Positions 22,801 to 35,251 of a stretch of 64,000 nucleotides of DNA are shown here, piece after piece. Below the pieces are notes generated by a model. That model worked only from the letters and a program-made list of their open reading frames with translations. It ran no database searches and was not told the DNA's origin. Position 1 is the first letter of the stretch; every line of letters begins with the position of its first letter. Origin of the DNA: Selaginella moellendorffii (Eukaryota > Plantae > Lycopodiophyta); contig NW_003314321.1 of the NCBI RefSeq assembly GCF_000143415.4, forward strand, positions 248,001 through 312,000. The letters are read 5' to 3'. The position numbers were made by a program, and so were the translations under genes.

Positions 22801-23437
22801 TGCAGCGTCATCTTTTGGAGACACGTGGGAAACTCATGCAAACATCGAATATCATCCCAAGAATGATATGTGGCAATCACTGTGAAGTGATGAAACTAAT
22901 GACACATATCATTCGCAGGATTCCCACGAAAGAACTCTAACTGAATGTGAGGATTGGCACCAAGAGTAGAAGGAGCTATACCACGTGTCATGAATGCCAC
23001 CATCAACTGAGCTTAGTTGTTCAATTGCAATCATATAGCATCAAACAATTGTACTAACTATTATTCCAAAGTCAAAAGAGGAAGAGATTATTGCTTTACT
23101 ATGAAGATGAATGAGATGGAAAGAGCAAAAGAAGAGAAATGAATAAAAGCTAAAAGGAAAAAAAGATCTAGACAATGCAAAAAGCTAACTTTAATCAAAA
23201 TCTTGAAAGGAAAAAACAAAAAAAAGGAAATGGAAAAAACTAGATTTAAACCAAAATCCCAAATCCAAGCACTCTCATGGACAGTGTATGGAATATAAAA
23301 AGATATCAATTAGCCCAAAAACCCTAGCTTATATACAATGAGTGAATGGTCCGAATTAAAACTAATTCAACAAATACTAAAATTCTATTATGTTAATATT
23401 AATATACCGCATTGTAACTGTACACTTGGACCTCACA
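19822..23437 (-). mobile_element. Old degenerate Ty3/gypsy family-A copy (gag-PR-RT-RH-INT remnants, LTR remnant about 23285-23437)
   Basis: Fragmented ORFs are near-identical in translation to 30890-34728 (e.g. EDIPKTxF, FGLNNAL). The LTR remnant ends ACTTGGACCTCACA. Confidence 0.92.
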
Positions 23438-23621
23438 AAGTATATTTTAAATATATTCACTATCATTTTAGTCCCTTTATAGGTCTGTTTAAGCGAACTA
23501 AAAATTAAACTTAGATAATAATAATAATTTTTTAATGGCATGGCTTTTCTATGATCGTATCTTTAATAAACATATAATTAACCTTATATTTTTTACTAAT
23601 AAACTTTAGGGTTTAAAGAGA

Positions 23622-24933
23622 ATGGTAAGTGATGTGAGGCAGCACATATCTTCGCTGCAAAGGGAGGACGCCCTCTTGGAGCGCCTCATCTACAGGAGCA
23701 AGAGCCAGCATCGCGGCACACTCCACTTCCGAAAGCTCCACCAGGTATATCATCCACAGCCATGGTGTTTGTATATTTCACTCTTCATTCTTCCAGGCAC
23801 GAAGGAGCCTCAAATTGCTTCGCGTTGCTGCCTCCGACACCTTCCTCTCGGCACTCGATTTCCATCTCGAGCCTGCTGCGAAACGCAGGTAGCGATCTGG
23901 AATCCCTTCTTTGATCTATTTTACTTGTTCTTTACAAGCAGAAGGAACAAAAATGTAGCTTCCGAGCCGAAAGAAGCTGTTTTAAACATTCTCTGGGGAG
24001 TCTCGAGGATCCTACACGAGGTACTTCTTTGGCAAGAAACTTAAGAATCTCTGAAAATGGGTTCTTCATCTTCAGCTAAATGCGCCCATCCTCGGTGCGA
24101 GCAAGTAAGTTCCGTGACTCTCACTGCCGCAATGCTTTTTCTTTCAACGCCATCTTTTCTTCACCAGGCAAATGGCCGGATTGCTAGAGCAGGGACGTTT
24201 CATGTCTTACACACTGACGGTTTTGTCGATCCTGGCAAGAATTCGAGTTCTCTCCTTCCAGGTAGAACTTCCTCATGTCACAAGCAAAATCAAAACTCCT
24301 GCTCATCTTCTTTGTAGCTTTTGCTCGATTGCGTTTCGCTTTACAACCTCTTAGCAGCCGAGCTTCGTACTGGCAACTCTCTCGTGACTTTCAACAAGCT
24401 CCAAGTACGTAGCATATGATCTAGACTCGGATTGAATTGATAACGCGTTCTCCATTTTCTAGCGAGAGCTCCCGGCCTCCCTGGAGTGCAAATGGGATGC
24501 CGAAAGAGCCCAATACAATCTAGTGGAAGCGAAAGCCAACACTGAAGCTAATTGGTTTGTAGAAGATCGCCCAAGCAAGGAAGTGCGTGGTGAGTTCTCC
24601 ATCTTCTACTAGAATGCTTTCATTCTTTCGCTCATTCTAAAAGGTCTGCGTCAAGCTGCGAGGATTTCTTCTTCTTCTGAAGTTCTAGCCAGCGGAGCTG
24701 ACGTTGCGACGAATCCACAAGCTCCCTCTCAAGCCGCAGCCGAGTTTCTAAAGTTCTTGGACACACCAGACGCAAGCGCGATCAAGTCGAAAAAGGTGGC
24801 ATACGTTTCAGTGGCAAAAGTGACCGATCCATCACCGACGGAGCAAGCGAGCAGCTCTACGCCCACAAACCGTTCGACCGATACACTCTTCAATCTCTTG
24901 CTTTCCGGAAGAAGCACCGATAGCATCTTTTGA
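23622..24933 (+). CDS. NEPRO/RMP1-like (DUF4477) nucleolar protein, multi-exon
   Basis: LQREDALLERLIYRSKSQHRGTLHFRKLHQV and LLEQGRFMSYTLTVLSILARIRVL motifs. GT-AG introns. Telo-box just upstream. Confidence 0.65.
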
Positions 24934-25017
24934 GAAGGAGAAACAAAATTCTGAGAGGTACAAATGATAGATTTTAGATTTACTTGCCACAAAATTTTGC
25001 TCACGGAGTCTTTGTTG

Positions 25018-26277
25018 TTACACAAGTAAGACTGCATTGATGCAGCCATCGTTTTCCGGATTGTTTGTCACTTGAGCAAACTTCCCTGAGAGGCAAGATG
25101 AGTAAAGTTAGCAAAACGTTTTCAATCGTATCGCCAAAATCTTACCCCATACAACTTTTCCAGCAGGAGTTACGAGTCCGAGCTCGCTAACATTTACCTG
25201 GAAAACATTTCGAATGATATAAAAAAGCTTAGGAAACAAAACCCATCAACTTACCTCGATGATCGTTCCCCTAGTTATCACACCCAGGGACGTGTACATG
25301 GGGCCGTTCGGGTTTTTCTTCACACCAAGGATTTCAAGCTGGAATGTACACTTGAGCTCCGGATGTGAAACGTGTGCCTTGGTGAACCTCAACCCCATGG
25401 GTCTGATAAACCTCTCGTACTTTGGTGGTTTCCTCGTGAAACCGGCTCCAACAAATGTGGCTTTAGTAACCATTCGCTTCCACTGTTTAGCTGGAGCACC
25501 AAGACGCGAAGAAAACAATGAGAAACCATCCGGTAAAAAGTGAAAGACAAAGAAAACAGTACTCTTTCTTTTGCCAGATCGCATAACTCGGAACATTTCG
25601 TCTTCCGCAATGGGTCGGACCTGGAACAAGACATGTATGATGAGATCGAAGGCATGGTTGCGATTACCTTTGGAAGCGGAACTTGCCATTTTCCTGCTTT
25701 TTCCTTACGCTTTTGCTTGATACTGTTGCTCAGAACCTTTAAGGCAAACAAAGAATGAGTTTTGGGGAAAAAAAGAGAAATGTCCTGCTCACCTTAGCAC
25801 GAGTAGTCGCCTCACGATCGAGCAAGTACGCAGGAATGGCACCTTCCTGGACATCATCCTCAACCTTGTGCCTGTTTGCTTTCTCGGAGTGCATAGCAAG
25901 CCTGCAAAGAAAAAGAGAGAAAGAATTAACAAAGAAGCTGCGAGAAAAGAAAGAGCATACGTTTTCTTCAACAACGCCTTCTCCTTGTATCGCTTGTTCG
26001 CGAACATCTTGCCCTTGAGACCGATCGCCTGAAATCAGAGAGGTAAGGATCAACCAGCAAAGAAAAAAAAATGTAGAGGGCGCCCACCTTCTGCGCGTAG
26101 GCCGCACGCTTGTGGACCTCCCGAGCATCCTTCTTGCGTTTCCTTTCGAAGTAATCCAGGCGGTACCCATGCCGCTTGCGGTGCAAATCGATGTAATCTC
26201 CCTGAGGCTGATGGCGCAAATGAAAATCTATCAGCTGGGCTGCTGCAAGAAGCAAATCGAGCAAGAGCGCTTACCAT
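25018..26277 (-). CDS. NSA2: Ribosome biogenesis protein NSA2, multi-exon
   Basis: M|[41 protein letters not shown]-terminal [15 protein letters not shown]. Exon 1 is the ATG only. Confidence 0.95.
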
Positions 26278-26449
26278 CGCGACCGCCTCGCTTGCTGCGC
26301 AAAACCCTAATTCCTAGAAGTGACTCGATCGTGAAAGCCCTAAACCCAAGACCTATTTTCAGGGTTAAAGAGAAGCGCGGCGCGCCTCCGCCTTGCCATC
26401 GATCGATTCGCTGGCTTGGCCCCGTGAGTGAGAAGAAGAATCACTAGAG
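26278..26449. promoter_or_regulatory. Compact bidirectional promoter shared by NSA2 and RPP0, with telo-boxes
   Basis: 172 bp between the divergent ATGs. AAACCCTAA at about 26302 and CCCTAAACCC at about 26338. Confidence 0.7.
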
Positions 26450-27663
26450 ATGGGTTTCAAGGGGACGAAGCAGGAGAAGAAGGAGATCTATGACAGGAAA
26501 ATGGTCGATCTGCTGGAGAACTACACCAAGGCGCTGATTTGCGCGGCCGACAATGTGGGCTCGACTCAGCTGCAGCAAATCCGCAGGGGACTGAGGCCGG
26601 AATCGGTGGTACTCATGGGTAAGAACACTCTGATGAAGCGAACGATCAGGACTTACGCGGAGAGGAGCGGCAACACGGCTGTTCTTAGTCTCATGCCTCT
26701 CTTGGTGGTAAGCAAAAAATCGTTTTTTCTCTGTAAAGTTTACTTTCCTTGCTCGAGAGCTCATGGATCTTGGCAGGGAAACGTTGGACTGATCTTTACC
26801 AAGGGCGATCTCAAAGAAGTTCGTGAGGAAGTCGCCAAGTACAAGGTATGATCTTTGTTTTCGTCTTTGAATCGGCTTGAATATATTTGCTCCAGGTCGG
26901 AGCGCCAGCTCGTGTCGGGCTTGTAGCACCGATTGACGTGACTATTCCTCCTGGAAGCACTGGTCTTGATCCATCGCAGACATCTTTCTTCCAGGTTCGT
27001 CCATAGGACTATCTCGTTCTGTGTTACTTGTGATTCATATCTTAAACCATCAAACTTTCAGGTTCTCAACATTCCCACCAAGATCAACAAGGGAACTGTC
27101 GAGATCGTCTCGTCCGTGGAGCTCATCAAAAAGGGGGAGAAAGTTGGCTCCTCGGAGGCAGCTCTGCTTGCAAAGCTGGGCATCAGGCCATTCTCTTACG
27201 GACTTGTTGTCCAGATGGTCTACGACGATGGCTCCGTCTTTGATCCCGCAGTGCTGGATCTGACCGAGGATGACCTCGTTGGTCGATTTGCCGCTGGTGT
27301 CTCGGCCGTGGCAGCATTGTCATTGGCTATCGGCTATCCAACTCTGGCAGCAGCAACGCACTGCTTCCTCAACTCTTACAAGAACGTTCTTGCTGTTGCT
27401 CTGGCGACTGATTACTCGTATCCACACGCCGAGACTGTCAAGGAGTATCTCAAGGTTTGATCTTTTCCTTGTCATCAGCAGGTCTCTAACATTCTCTCTT
27501 CCAACTTTTCCAGGATCCCAGTAAGTTTGCTGTCGCTGCTGCTCCTGCTGCTAGTGAAACTCCGGCTGATGCTGCTGCTGGCGGTGGCAAGGTTGAGGAA
27601 GAAAAGAAAGTGGAGCCGGAAGAAGAATCTGATGATGATATGGGCCTCAGTCTCTTCGACTAA
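26450..27663 (+). CDS. RPP0: 60S acidic ribosomal protein P0 (uL10), multi-exon
   Basis: [40 protein letters not shown]-terminal [13 protein letters not shown]. Confidence 0.97.
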
Positions 27664-27978
27664 TTCTCCTGTCGAATCTGTCGTTGTTTTCCTTTTGTCT
27701 TTTTTTTGTTGGAGAGAAACAGCGATCCGTGTTTCTAAGTGATGATGGGGGCTTTCCGGGTTGAAAATTTTGTGGTGACTGTGATTGGAGAGGACTGAGC
27801 GAAAGAACAAAGACTTTAGCCACTGAAAGGTGTGTATAACCATAGCTTAATGGAATCAAACTAAATTTTTACTTTGCCATGTATAAAAAGTATTTTGTTA
27901 GACGTGATAATTATATTAAAATTTCAATTTACACTAAACCTACACCTAAGGTTTAGGGTTTAGCTAGGGCTAGCGAGA

Positions 27979-29554
27979 ATGGCGATGCGAGGAATGCTGA
28001 GGGCGTGGAAGGGCGCGGCTTCTCGGAGGTACGTCCCCAGCTCCGCATTGCCATTCGCGACTGGCGCCTCACCTGCATTCTTCGATCGGCAGCCTCGAGT
28101 TGAATCGCTTCCGCGCAGCAGCGGCACCTTCTTGCGCTCGAGGATGTAGCACAGTCGCGGATGAGAAGCAGCAGAGGGAGGATGAGAAGAGCAAGAAGAA
28201 AGAGGAGGAGGAGAAGCAGCTAGTCAAGCTGTGCAAGAGTATCGCAGACAAGCCTGAGGAGAGCACTCAAACCATCAAGGATTGGGTCGCGCAAGGGAAT
28301 CGGTTGAAGTACAAGAACTACTTGCAAATCGCCAAGACCTTGGCCGATCATCCCAACCTCCACAGAGAGGCTGTGAAGGTATCTTGATATTCTACTACAT
28401 TTTCATCGGTGCTTAGATTTATTTCGTTCGTGTAGCTCTTGAAAACCAGCCGCAATGAGAAGATCGTGGAGAGCAGGACCACTAGTCTCATACTGGAACT
28501 CGGTTTGGTTCTCCGGGAGTTTGGAGTGGCTCCAGCCGAACGCTTCTACTCAAGGCTCCCGGTGAAGTCCAAGTCGGAGGAGCTCACCGTCGCTTTCGTG
28601 ACGAGCTTAGCCAAGAGATACCCCAAGCACGCACTGAGATGGGTGCAAGGCTTGAATCCCACCACCGCGGAGCTTCACAACGCCATCATCCTTGTCTACT
28701 GGAAGCTCAAGATGCACGACAAGATGCTGGCCGCCTACACGACTCTCAGAAACGACCCCAAGCTCTTGCCAAAGCTGGAAACTTACCTCCTCATGCTCAA
28801 GTACAAGGAGAGAGTCGGGGGATTGGAGGGTCTCGAGGAAGAAATCCGGGCATTCGTGGAGAAGATCAGGATCAGGAAGGCCAACGTTTACAAGCTGGAT
28901 CACCTCATGGAAGTCTATGCGTTCTTGGGCGATGCCGATAAGGTGGAAAAGATCTACAAGTTTGTCAAGGCACCAAAACCTCCACAGGTTCCCCTCCGCG
29001 ATAGTTTCCGGGTGGCAGTGAGAGCTTTCGGGCGTCTGGGAATGGTGAAACGAGCGGAAGAAGTTGTGGAGGACTCTAAGGACCATGCCAAGGAGAGCTT
29101 CCGGCTGGTGAATCTGATCGAGGTCTACTCCAAGGCGGGAATGATGGACAAGGCCGAGGAGCTGCTGGAGAAGATCGACAAGTCCAAACGGACTTTCGCT
29201 CCATACGACGCTCTCGTCCGAGGATATCTTGCCAAGAATGACAGCAAAAAAGCTCTGGAGAGATTCAAGGAAGGGTGTGCTGTGCGATCAGTGGTTCCAA
29301 GCTATGAGACAGTGGCGGCATTGCTGCCGGTGTTGGAGGAGCTCAAGTTTTGGAAGAGTGCCGAGGGGCTGATGCAAAACTATCTCCACCATGCTGCAGG
29401 GGACGTGCGTCTCTACAACAGTTTTCTCAAGGTTTACGGTGCTTCTCAGCGCAAGGCAGACTCGAGCATATTGTCCAGGTTTAAGATTGAGGCAGACAGT
29501 GAAACTCTGGAACTTTTGAGCCGGGTGAAAATCATGACAGGTGACGGAAAATAA
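27979..29554 (+). CDS. P-type pentatricopeptide repeat protein, probably organelle-targeted
   Basis: About 35-aa helical repeats (HNAIILVY, LMEVYAFLGD, LIEVYSKAGMMDKAEELL, YDALVRGY). Two 5' introns. Arg-rich N-terminus. Confidence 0.8.
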
Positions 29555-30146
29555 GTTTCTTTCACACTGTAAACTTGGAGAGAAAAACAATGTATATCTC
29601 TGAAGAGCACACTATTAAAAACAGTCTTGTTCTTCTGACAAATGGCTAACAATGGTTTTACTTTTTATATATATTTACTTCATAATCATTACTAAATCTA
29701 AATATTCTTGCAGTAGACATTTTGAAGGATGTCAGGGATCAAATAGTTCAGGTAGTAATGAAGTTCATCCTAATAAATAAAACTGATGGAAGTAGAAGTC
29801 TATTTAGATTAGATTTTGGTCGAGGAACTGTAATCTTGAAAAATGTATTAATAAATTGCTACGTGTCAATGCTTGGTTTACTTAATAGTAGTTTTATTAT
29901 TGCAATTGATCAAATAAAGTTTGTAATTATAAGCATGTTTTGTGAGTGCATGGAATATGGAAAGGGAATACAGAAATGTGCATATCAATTAGCCCAAAAA
30001 CCCTATCTTATATACAGGAGCGAATGGTTCGGATTGAAACCAATCCGACGGCTACCAAAATCCATTACGCTAATATTAATATACGGCATCGTAACTGTAC
30101 ACTTGGCCCTCACATCATCCCCTCCTCTCGGAATAATGGAAGGCCG

Positions 30147-33100
30147 TCAGGGTTCTCTTGTAGATGGGCTGGGATCTGGAGGAACGTCAGGAGGAGGCAT
30201 CAGCGAGTCTGTAGACAGTATTAACTGCTCCTGATCCCTTTGTATGAAGTATTTTAACTGCTGCACATGCACAATCTCCGGAGGATCGGCCTGCTGAACG
30301 TCATGCCGAACCTCATAAACTTGTGGTCCAACTTGCCGCAACACCCGATACGATCCTTTCCACTGCACAAGGAGCCCCTTAAATAAACCACGTACCGTAA
30401 GATGGGGAAAACGTCCCACTTGTACCAACAGAACTCTGCACCCCTGTGACATAGGCATACCAAAGAGACGGCAAATAACCATCCCAATCCGAATGCTAAA
30501 AGTTCACATACTTCGAAATCATCCCTTTGAATGTCCGAACGAGCTGTTCCACCAGACCGTCTGATTGTGGAAGATAAGCACTCGTAAAAGTGTGGCGTAT
30601 CCCCAACCGAGATGTCAAAACATGAAATACCTCAGCCATAAATGCAGGACCATTATCCGAAAGAATCCGCTCTAGACAAAAATGCTGGAACACCACTCGA
30701 TTGAGGAGGAAGTATCCAACAGCAATTGCAGAGGCATTAGCAAGAGCACCAACTTCCACCCAATGAGTCAAGTAGTCAGAAGCAATAATAACATACTCAT
30801 TGCCAACAGTCGATCGTGGAAAAGGTCCTATAAGATCAAACGCCACCAACTCAAATGGACGGGAAACTGCAATTGACTCCAACCGTCCTTCCGCAGCACA
30901 AGGGGGAGTATTACGAGCTTGGCACCAAACGCAGCTACGCACATACCGGATAATATCACGTCGCATCTCCGGCCAATAGAAAGACCTGCGCAGCTTCTCG
31001 GTGACACGACGGTGTCCTATATGCCCACCTAGAACAGGAGAATCATGGTAGGCATGGAGAAACCGCGGAATAAACACCGAAGGTACCACCAGTTGTAAAT
31101 GATCATCAGGATCCGTCCCCATAAAATAAAGAAGGCCATCTTCAAGGCGATATTGAGAATGTAAATGCCGGAAAGGCAAGTCATCAGCAAGTGATGCAGG
31201 ATTCTCAAACCCATCTCGAAGCCTTCGAATCCACGGCTCAATCTTTTGAGCTTCGCAAACCTCCTCAAGAGAAGGCAGATCTTGCTCTGCACCCTGTGGA
31301 CACTGAACGTCAAGGACAGCAACCGCCAACGGCACAGAATCCTCATCTAGAAAATCCACAGATGCTGAAATAATAGGTTCGTCAGAATGATGAGAAATGA
31401 GTGGAGAAGGAAGAGGAGTTCGAGAAAGGGCATCAGCATCAGCCATAGAACTCCCTGGGCGATGAACAACATCGAAATCATATATCTGAAGCTTCAAAGC
31501 CCATCGAGCTGTACGACCAACCAAGTTCTTCCGCTTCAATAATGAAGTAACAGCAGCATGGTCACCTTCAAGTAACGTTCGAGAACCATGTAGATATGCA
31601 TGAAGTTTCTCGAAACCCCAGACTGCTGCTAAACACTCCTTCTCCGTCGTGGAGTAGTTCATCTCCGCTGGTTGTAATGTACGGCTTATGTATGCAATGG
31701 GATGGCGCTGACTAGGCACACTTGAGCTCTCTTGCATCAACACACCTCCAAGACCAATGTCAGAAGCATCCACGCGCAAAATAAAAGGTCAAGTGTAGTC
31801 AGGATATGCCAAAACCGGAGGAGTTATCAATAGCTCTTTGAGATCCACGAACGCCCGCTCACAATCCGGAGACCAGATGAAAGATGACGTTGATGACTTC
31901 AGCAACGCTCGCAATGGTGTAGTGCGATCGGAAAGATGATCCACAAAACGACCAAGATACTGCACCTTACCCAAAAAGCGCTGCACATCATTCACACACT
32001 TCGGAGTAGGGAAATTTAGAACAGCCACAAGTTTGTCAGGATCAACTTGCAAACCCTCACGAGAAATACGGTACCTAAGATAAGTTGTGTCCTTGGACCC
32101 AAACACGCACTTCGACCGCTTCAGCTTTAAACCAACGTCGCGTAGCCGATCCAACACTTTACAAACATCACGAACGTGCTCCTCCCACGTCCCCTCCGAG
32201 TGGATCAAGACATCATCAATGAAGTCAGCAGTCACCTCCGGCATATTGCAAAGAACCTCGTCCATCATCTGCTGGAAAGTTGCTAGAGCATTGTTCAAAC
32301 CAAACGGCATCACCAAGAACTCGTACAAACCAAATGGTGTACGAAAAGCAGTCTTAGGAATATCTTCTTCGGCCATCGGTACTTGCCAATACCCAGAAGC
32401 AAGATCTATCTTGGTGAACCAACGACTTTGCCCCAGACGATCCAAGAGATCAGCAGTGTGAGGAAGAGGATACACATCTGGGATCGTCACTTCGTTTAAC
32501 GGGCGATAGTCAATGCAGAAACAAATACTCCCATCAAACTTCGTCACAAGATGAGGTTCACATGCCCAAGGACTCCGCGACTTCCGAATAACACCCTTTT
32601 CCAGCATTTCCTTGACGTTTGCTCGTAAAATTTTGATCTCCTTAGGTGACCGACGACGAACAGGAACCTTGATTGGACGAGCATCCCCGGTGGGAATTGG
32701 ATGACGTGTGGCAATCTTGGCCCCAGACGATAGGTCAAATTCAAAGAGATCATAATACTCCTTCATGAGCTGGTCAACTGCTGCAACACAAAGATCGTCG
32801 AAGGGATCGGAAAAGGGAAAAGCAGAACAAGATGGAAACACAGAAGGAAAGAGTGGGGAAACAAAAGTAATGGAAGTAGAGGTAGAAGTAGAGGGACGAA
32901 GAGGTATGGAAGTGAGAGGAATGGATAAAACATAAGGAAGTATGAGACAAGGGGGAGAAGCCTCAAAGTCACACTTGGCATGATTGCGCTGCAACCAATC
33001 CATACCAAGAATGAGGTCAAAAGCTTGACTCGGCACCACCCGCAACGACTGCAATTCAAGCTCGAGATCGCCCACATGCACAACCAGGTCCACCTCATCC

Positions 33101-33395
33101 CATGCATATGCATGTGTACGGCCGTTGCCATAAAGAATGAAAACTTGTTCTGCCGCATGACGCAAGTGTAGACGACAACATGTGGCAACAGGTCGAGCAA
33201 TAGAAGATAAACTCGAACCTGTATCAACCAACACAGAGAGAATAATAGGAGACTTCTTGTTATAAAAACGAGCTTGGAAAGTAAACACCGGATGAACTGG
33301 TGCCGAGTGAACCCCTTGATGATACTCCCGAAAGAAAGATGGAGGGGTCACTGATTTATTCGCGCAAAGTCCCTCCGTTACTTGCGCGACTCCTC
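30147..33395 (-). pseudogene. pol: Pol (protease, RT, RNase H, integrase) with nonsense mutations and 3' deletions
   Basis: LVDTGS, FIDDVL, DASDIG, HHCC and the integrase core (DLIGP, SDNG). In-frame TGA at 31789 and TAG at 30496. Confidence 0.93.
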
Positions 33396-34310
33396 ATTTC
33401 CCGAATGCATCTCGGTGTCCAGACCTTCCACTGCAGCAGCACCCAGGGGACGTTGCTGACGCCAAGGTCTCCACCCAGGAAATGGAGGTCGCCAATCCGG
33501 AAAACGACGGCAACGCCGATAAGTATGACCAACTTCATCACATGCCCAGCAGCGAACATCACGGCCACGACCACGTCCTCGCGCTTGTCCTTGGACTCGA
33601 GCAGCAGCAGCATCAACCTCCATTGGAACAGGACCATCACCCATAGGAAGTGGAGCGGAAGGACGTGCAACGAGAAGTGGAAGAGGCGACGTCTCATAAC
33701 GTTGTGCCAAGCGAAGAGCATCGTCAAGGGTGGCAGGAGCAAGTGCATGCACAAGTCCGACAAGATCTTGACGAAGTGCTAGCCACAACATTCCTAGCTT
33801 GATCCGCTCCAACATATTTGGCTCCGCACGAAGCAAAAGACTTCGGAAACGAACACCAAATTGCATCACCGACTCCGATGGCCCTTGGCAAAGACGATGC
33901 AATTGTTGGAAAGCATCATCACAATCATCGGCATGTCCGAAGGCACGTTTGAAGACGTCTGGGAGAACACTCCAATCCTCACGAGTAGCTGCGCTCAAAC
34001 CATTGTACCACTGCAACGCCGTCCCTTGGAGACACGTGGAAAACTCACGCAACCGTCGAGCATCATCCCAAGAATGATATGTGGCAATCACCGTAAAGTG
34101 ATCGAACCAATGGTACACATCATCCCCAGGATTCCCGCGAAAAAACTCCGGCCGAACGCGAGGATTGGCACCAAGAGCAGGAGGAGTTGTACCACGTGCC
34201 GTGAACGCCGCCATCAACTGAGTTTGGTTGTTCAATTGCAAACGCATAGCATCAAGCAATTGAACCAACTGCTGCTCTAGAGTCAAAGGAGGAGATTGCG
34301 GATCGGCCAT
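33378..34310 (-). CDS. gag: Gag with CCHC zinc knuckle
   Basis: CWACDEVGHTYRRC, QGPSESV, GPVPMEVD. Confidence 0.93.
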   Translation of the reverse strand: MADPQSPPLTLEQQLVQLLDAMRLQLNNQTQLMAAFTARGTTPPALGANPRVRPEFFRGNPGDDVYHWFDHFTVIATYHSWDDARRLREFSTCLQGTALQWYNGLSAATREDWSVLPDVFKRAFGHADDCDDAFQQLHRLCQGPSESVMQFGVRFRSLLLRAEPNMLERIKLGMLWLALRQDLVGLVHALAPATLDDALRLAQRYETSPLPLLVARPSAPLPMGDGPVPMEVDAAAARVQGQARGRGRGRDVRCWACDEVGHTYRRCRRFPDWRPPFPGWRPWRQQRPLGAAAVEGLDTEMHSGNEESRK

Positions 34311-35251
34311 GAAGATGAACGAAAAAGAAAGAGCAAAAGAAGAGAAATGACAAAAAAGCTGGAAAGAAATGGTAGATCATGGTAGATCTAGACAATGCAA
34401 AAAGCTAGATCGAAACCAAAATACTGAAAGGAAAGAACAAAAGAAAGGAAATGGAAAAAGCTAGATCTAGACGATGCAAAAGCTAAATCTAAACCGAAAT
34501 CCCAAATCCAAGCACTCCCCAGGGACAATCAAAAGTGCCCCTCAACTCCACCAATGTGAGTGCATGGAATATGGAAAGGGAATACAGAAATGTGCATATC
34601 AATTAGCCCAAAAACCCTAGCTTATATACGGGAGCAAGTGGTCCGGATTGAAACCAATCCGACGGCTACCAAAATCCACTACGCTAATATTAGTATACGG
34701 CATCGTAGCTGTACACTTGGCCTTCACAGTTTTTAATTTATAAACACATGATTAATCTTATTGCATAAGAATAAAAATGAATAATACTAGAAAAGGTTTA
34801 AGAAAGTTTACAAATTATAAACATGTTTATAAATTATAATACAAGATTAATCTAAATGAATAACAAGGGTTAGATAGTAGAAAATCCTAGAATATCCAAG
34901 CAATTCTAAATATATCCATCCTAGTCCCCTTACAGGTTTGCTTAAATAAACAAAAAATTAGATTTCAATATCTAATGAATATATTATTAAAAATACAGCT
35001 TTCAAGTTCATGCAAAATGTTGTTAAAATTATAGCAAGTATATTAGTATAATTTAGAGCATTATGTTGTCTTCTATCCAATTTTAATAATTTTTTAAAAT
35101 AATTAGTCCACCTAGTTTTATTAAATAGAAATAAAAAAGTTTTGTTTGAGATGAATCTTTATAAAATCCTAAAAACGTTTTGTTTTATTTTTATGAAAAA
35201 TAAAATGACAAATAAATGTCTTATTTAATCAGTAAGTTCTAATTATATAAT

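Larger units (their letters stand above)
29941..34728 (-). mobile_element. Full-length Ty3/gypsy LTR retrotransposon (family A, non-chromovirus, possibly Selgy-like)
   Basis: 174-bp LTRs at 29941-30114 and 34555-34728 (TG..CA, 9 differences). PBS TGGTGGAGTTGAGGGG (tRNA-Ala-like). PPT at about 30118-30129. GTTT TSD. Domain order gag-PR-RT-RH-INT. Confidence 0.96.

Noticed and set aside
29722-30234. 170-aa ORF
   Set aside because: Chance read-through across flank, LTR and antisense pol.
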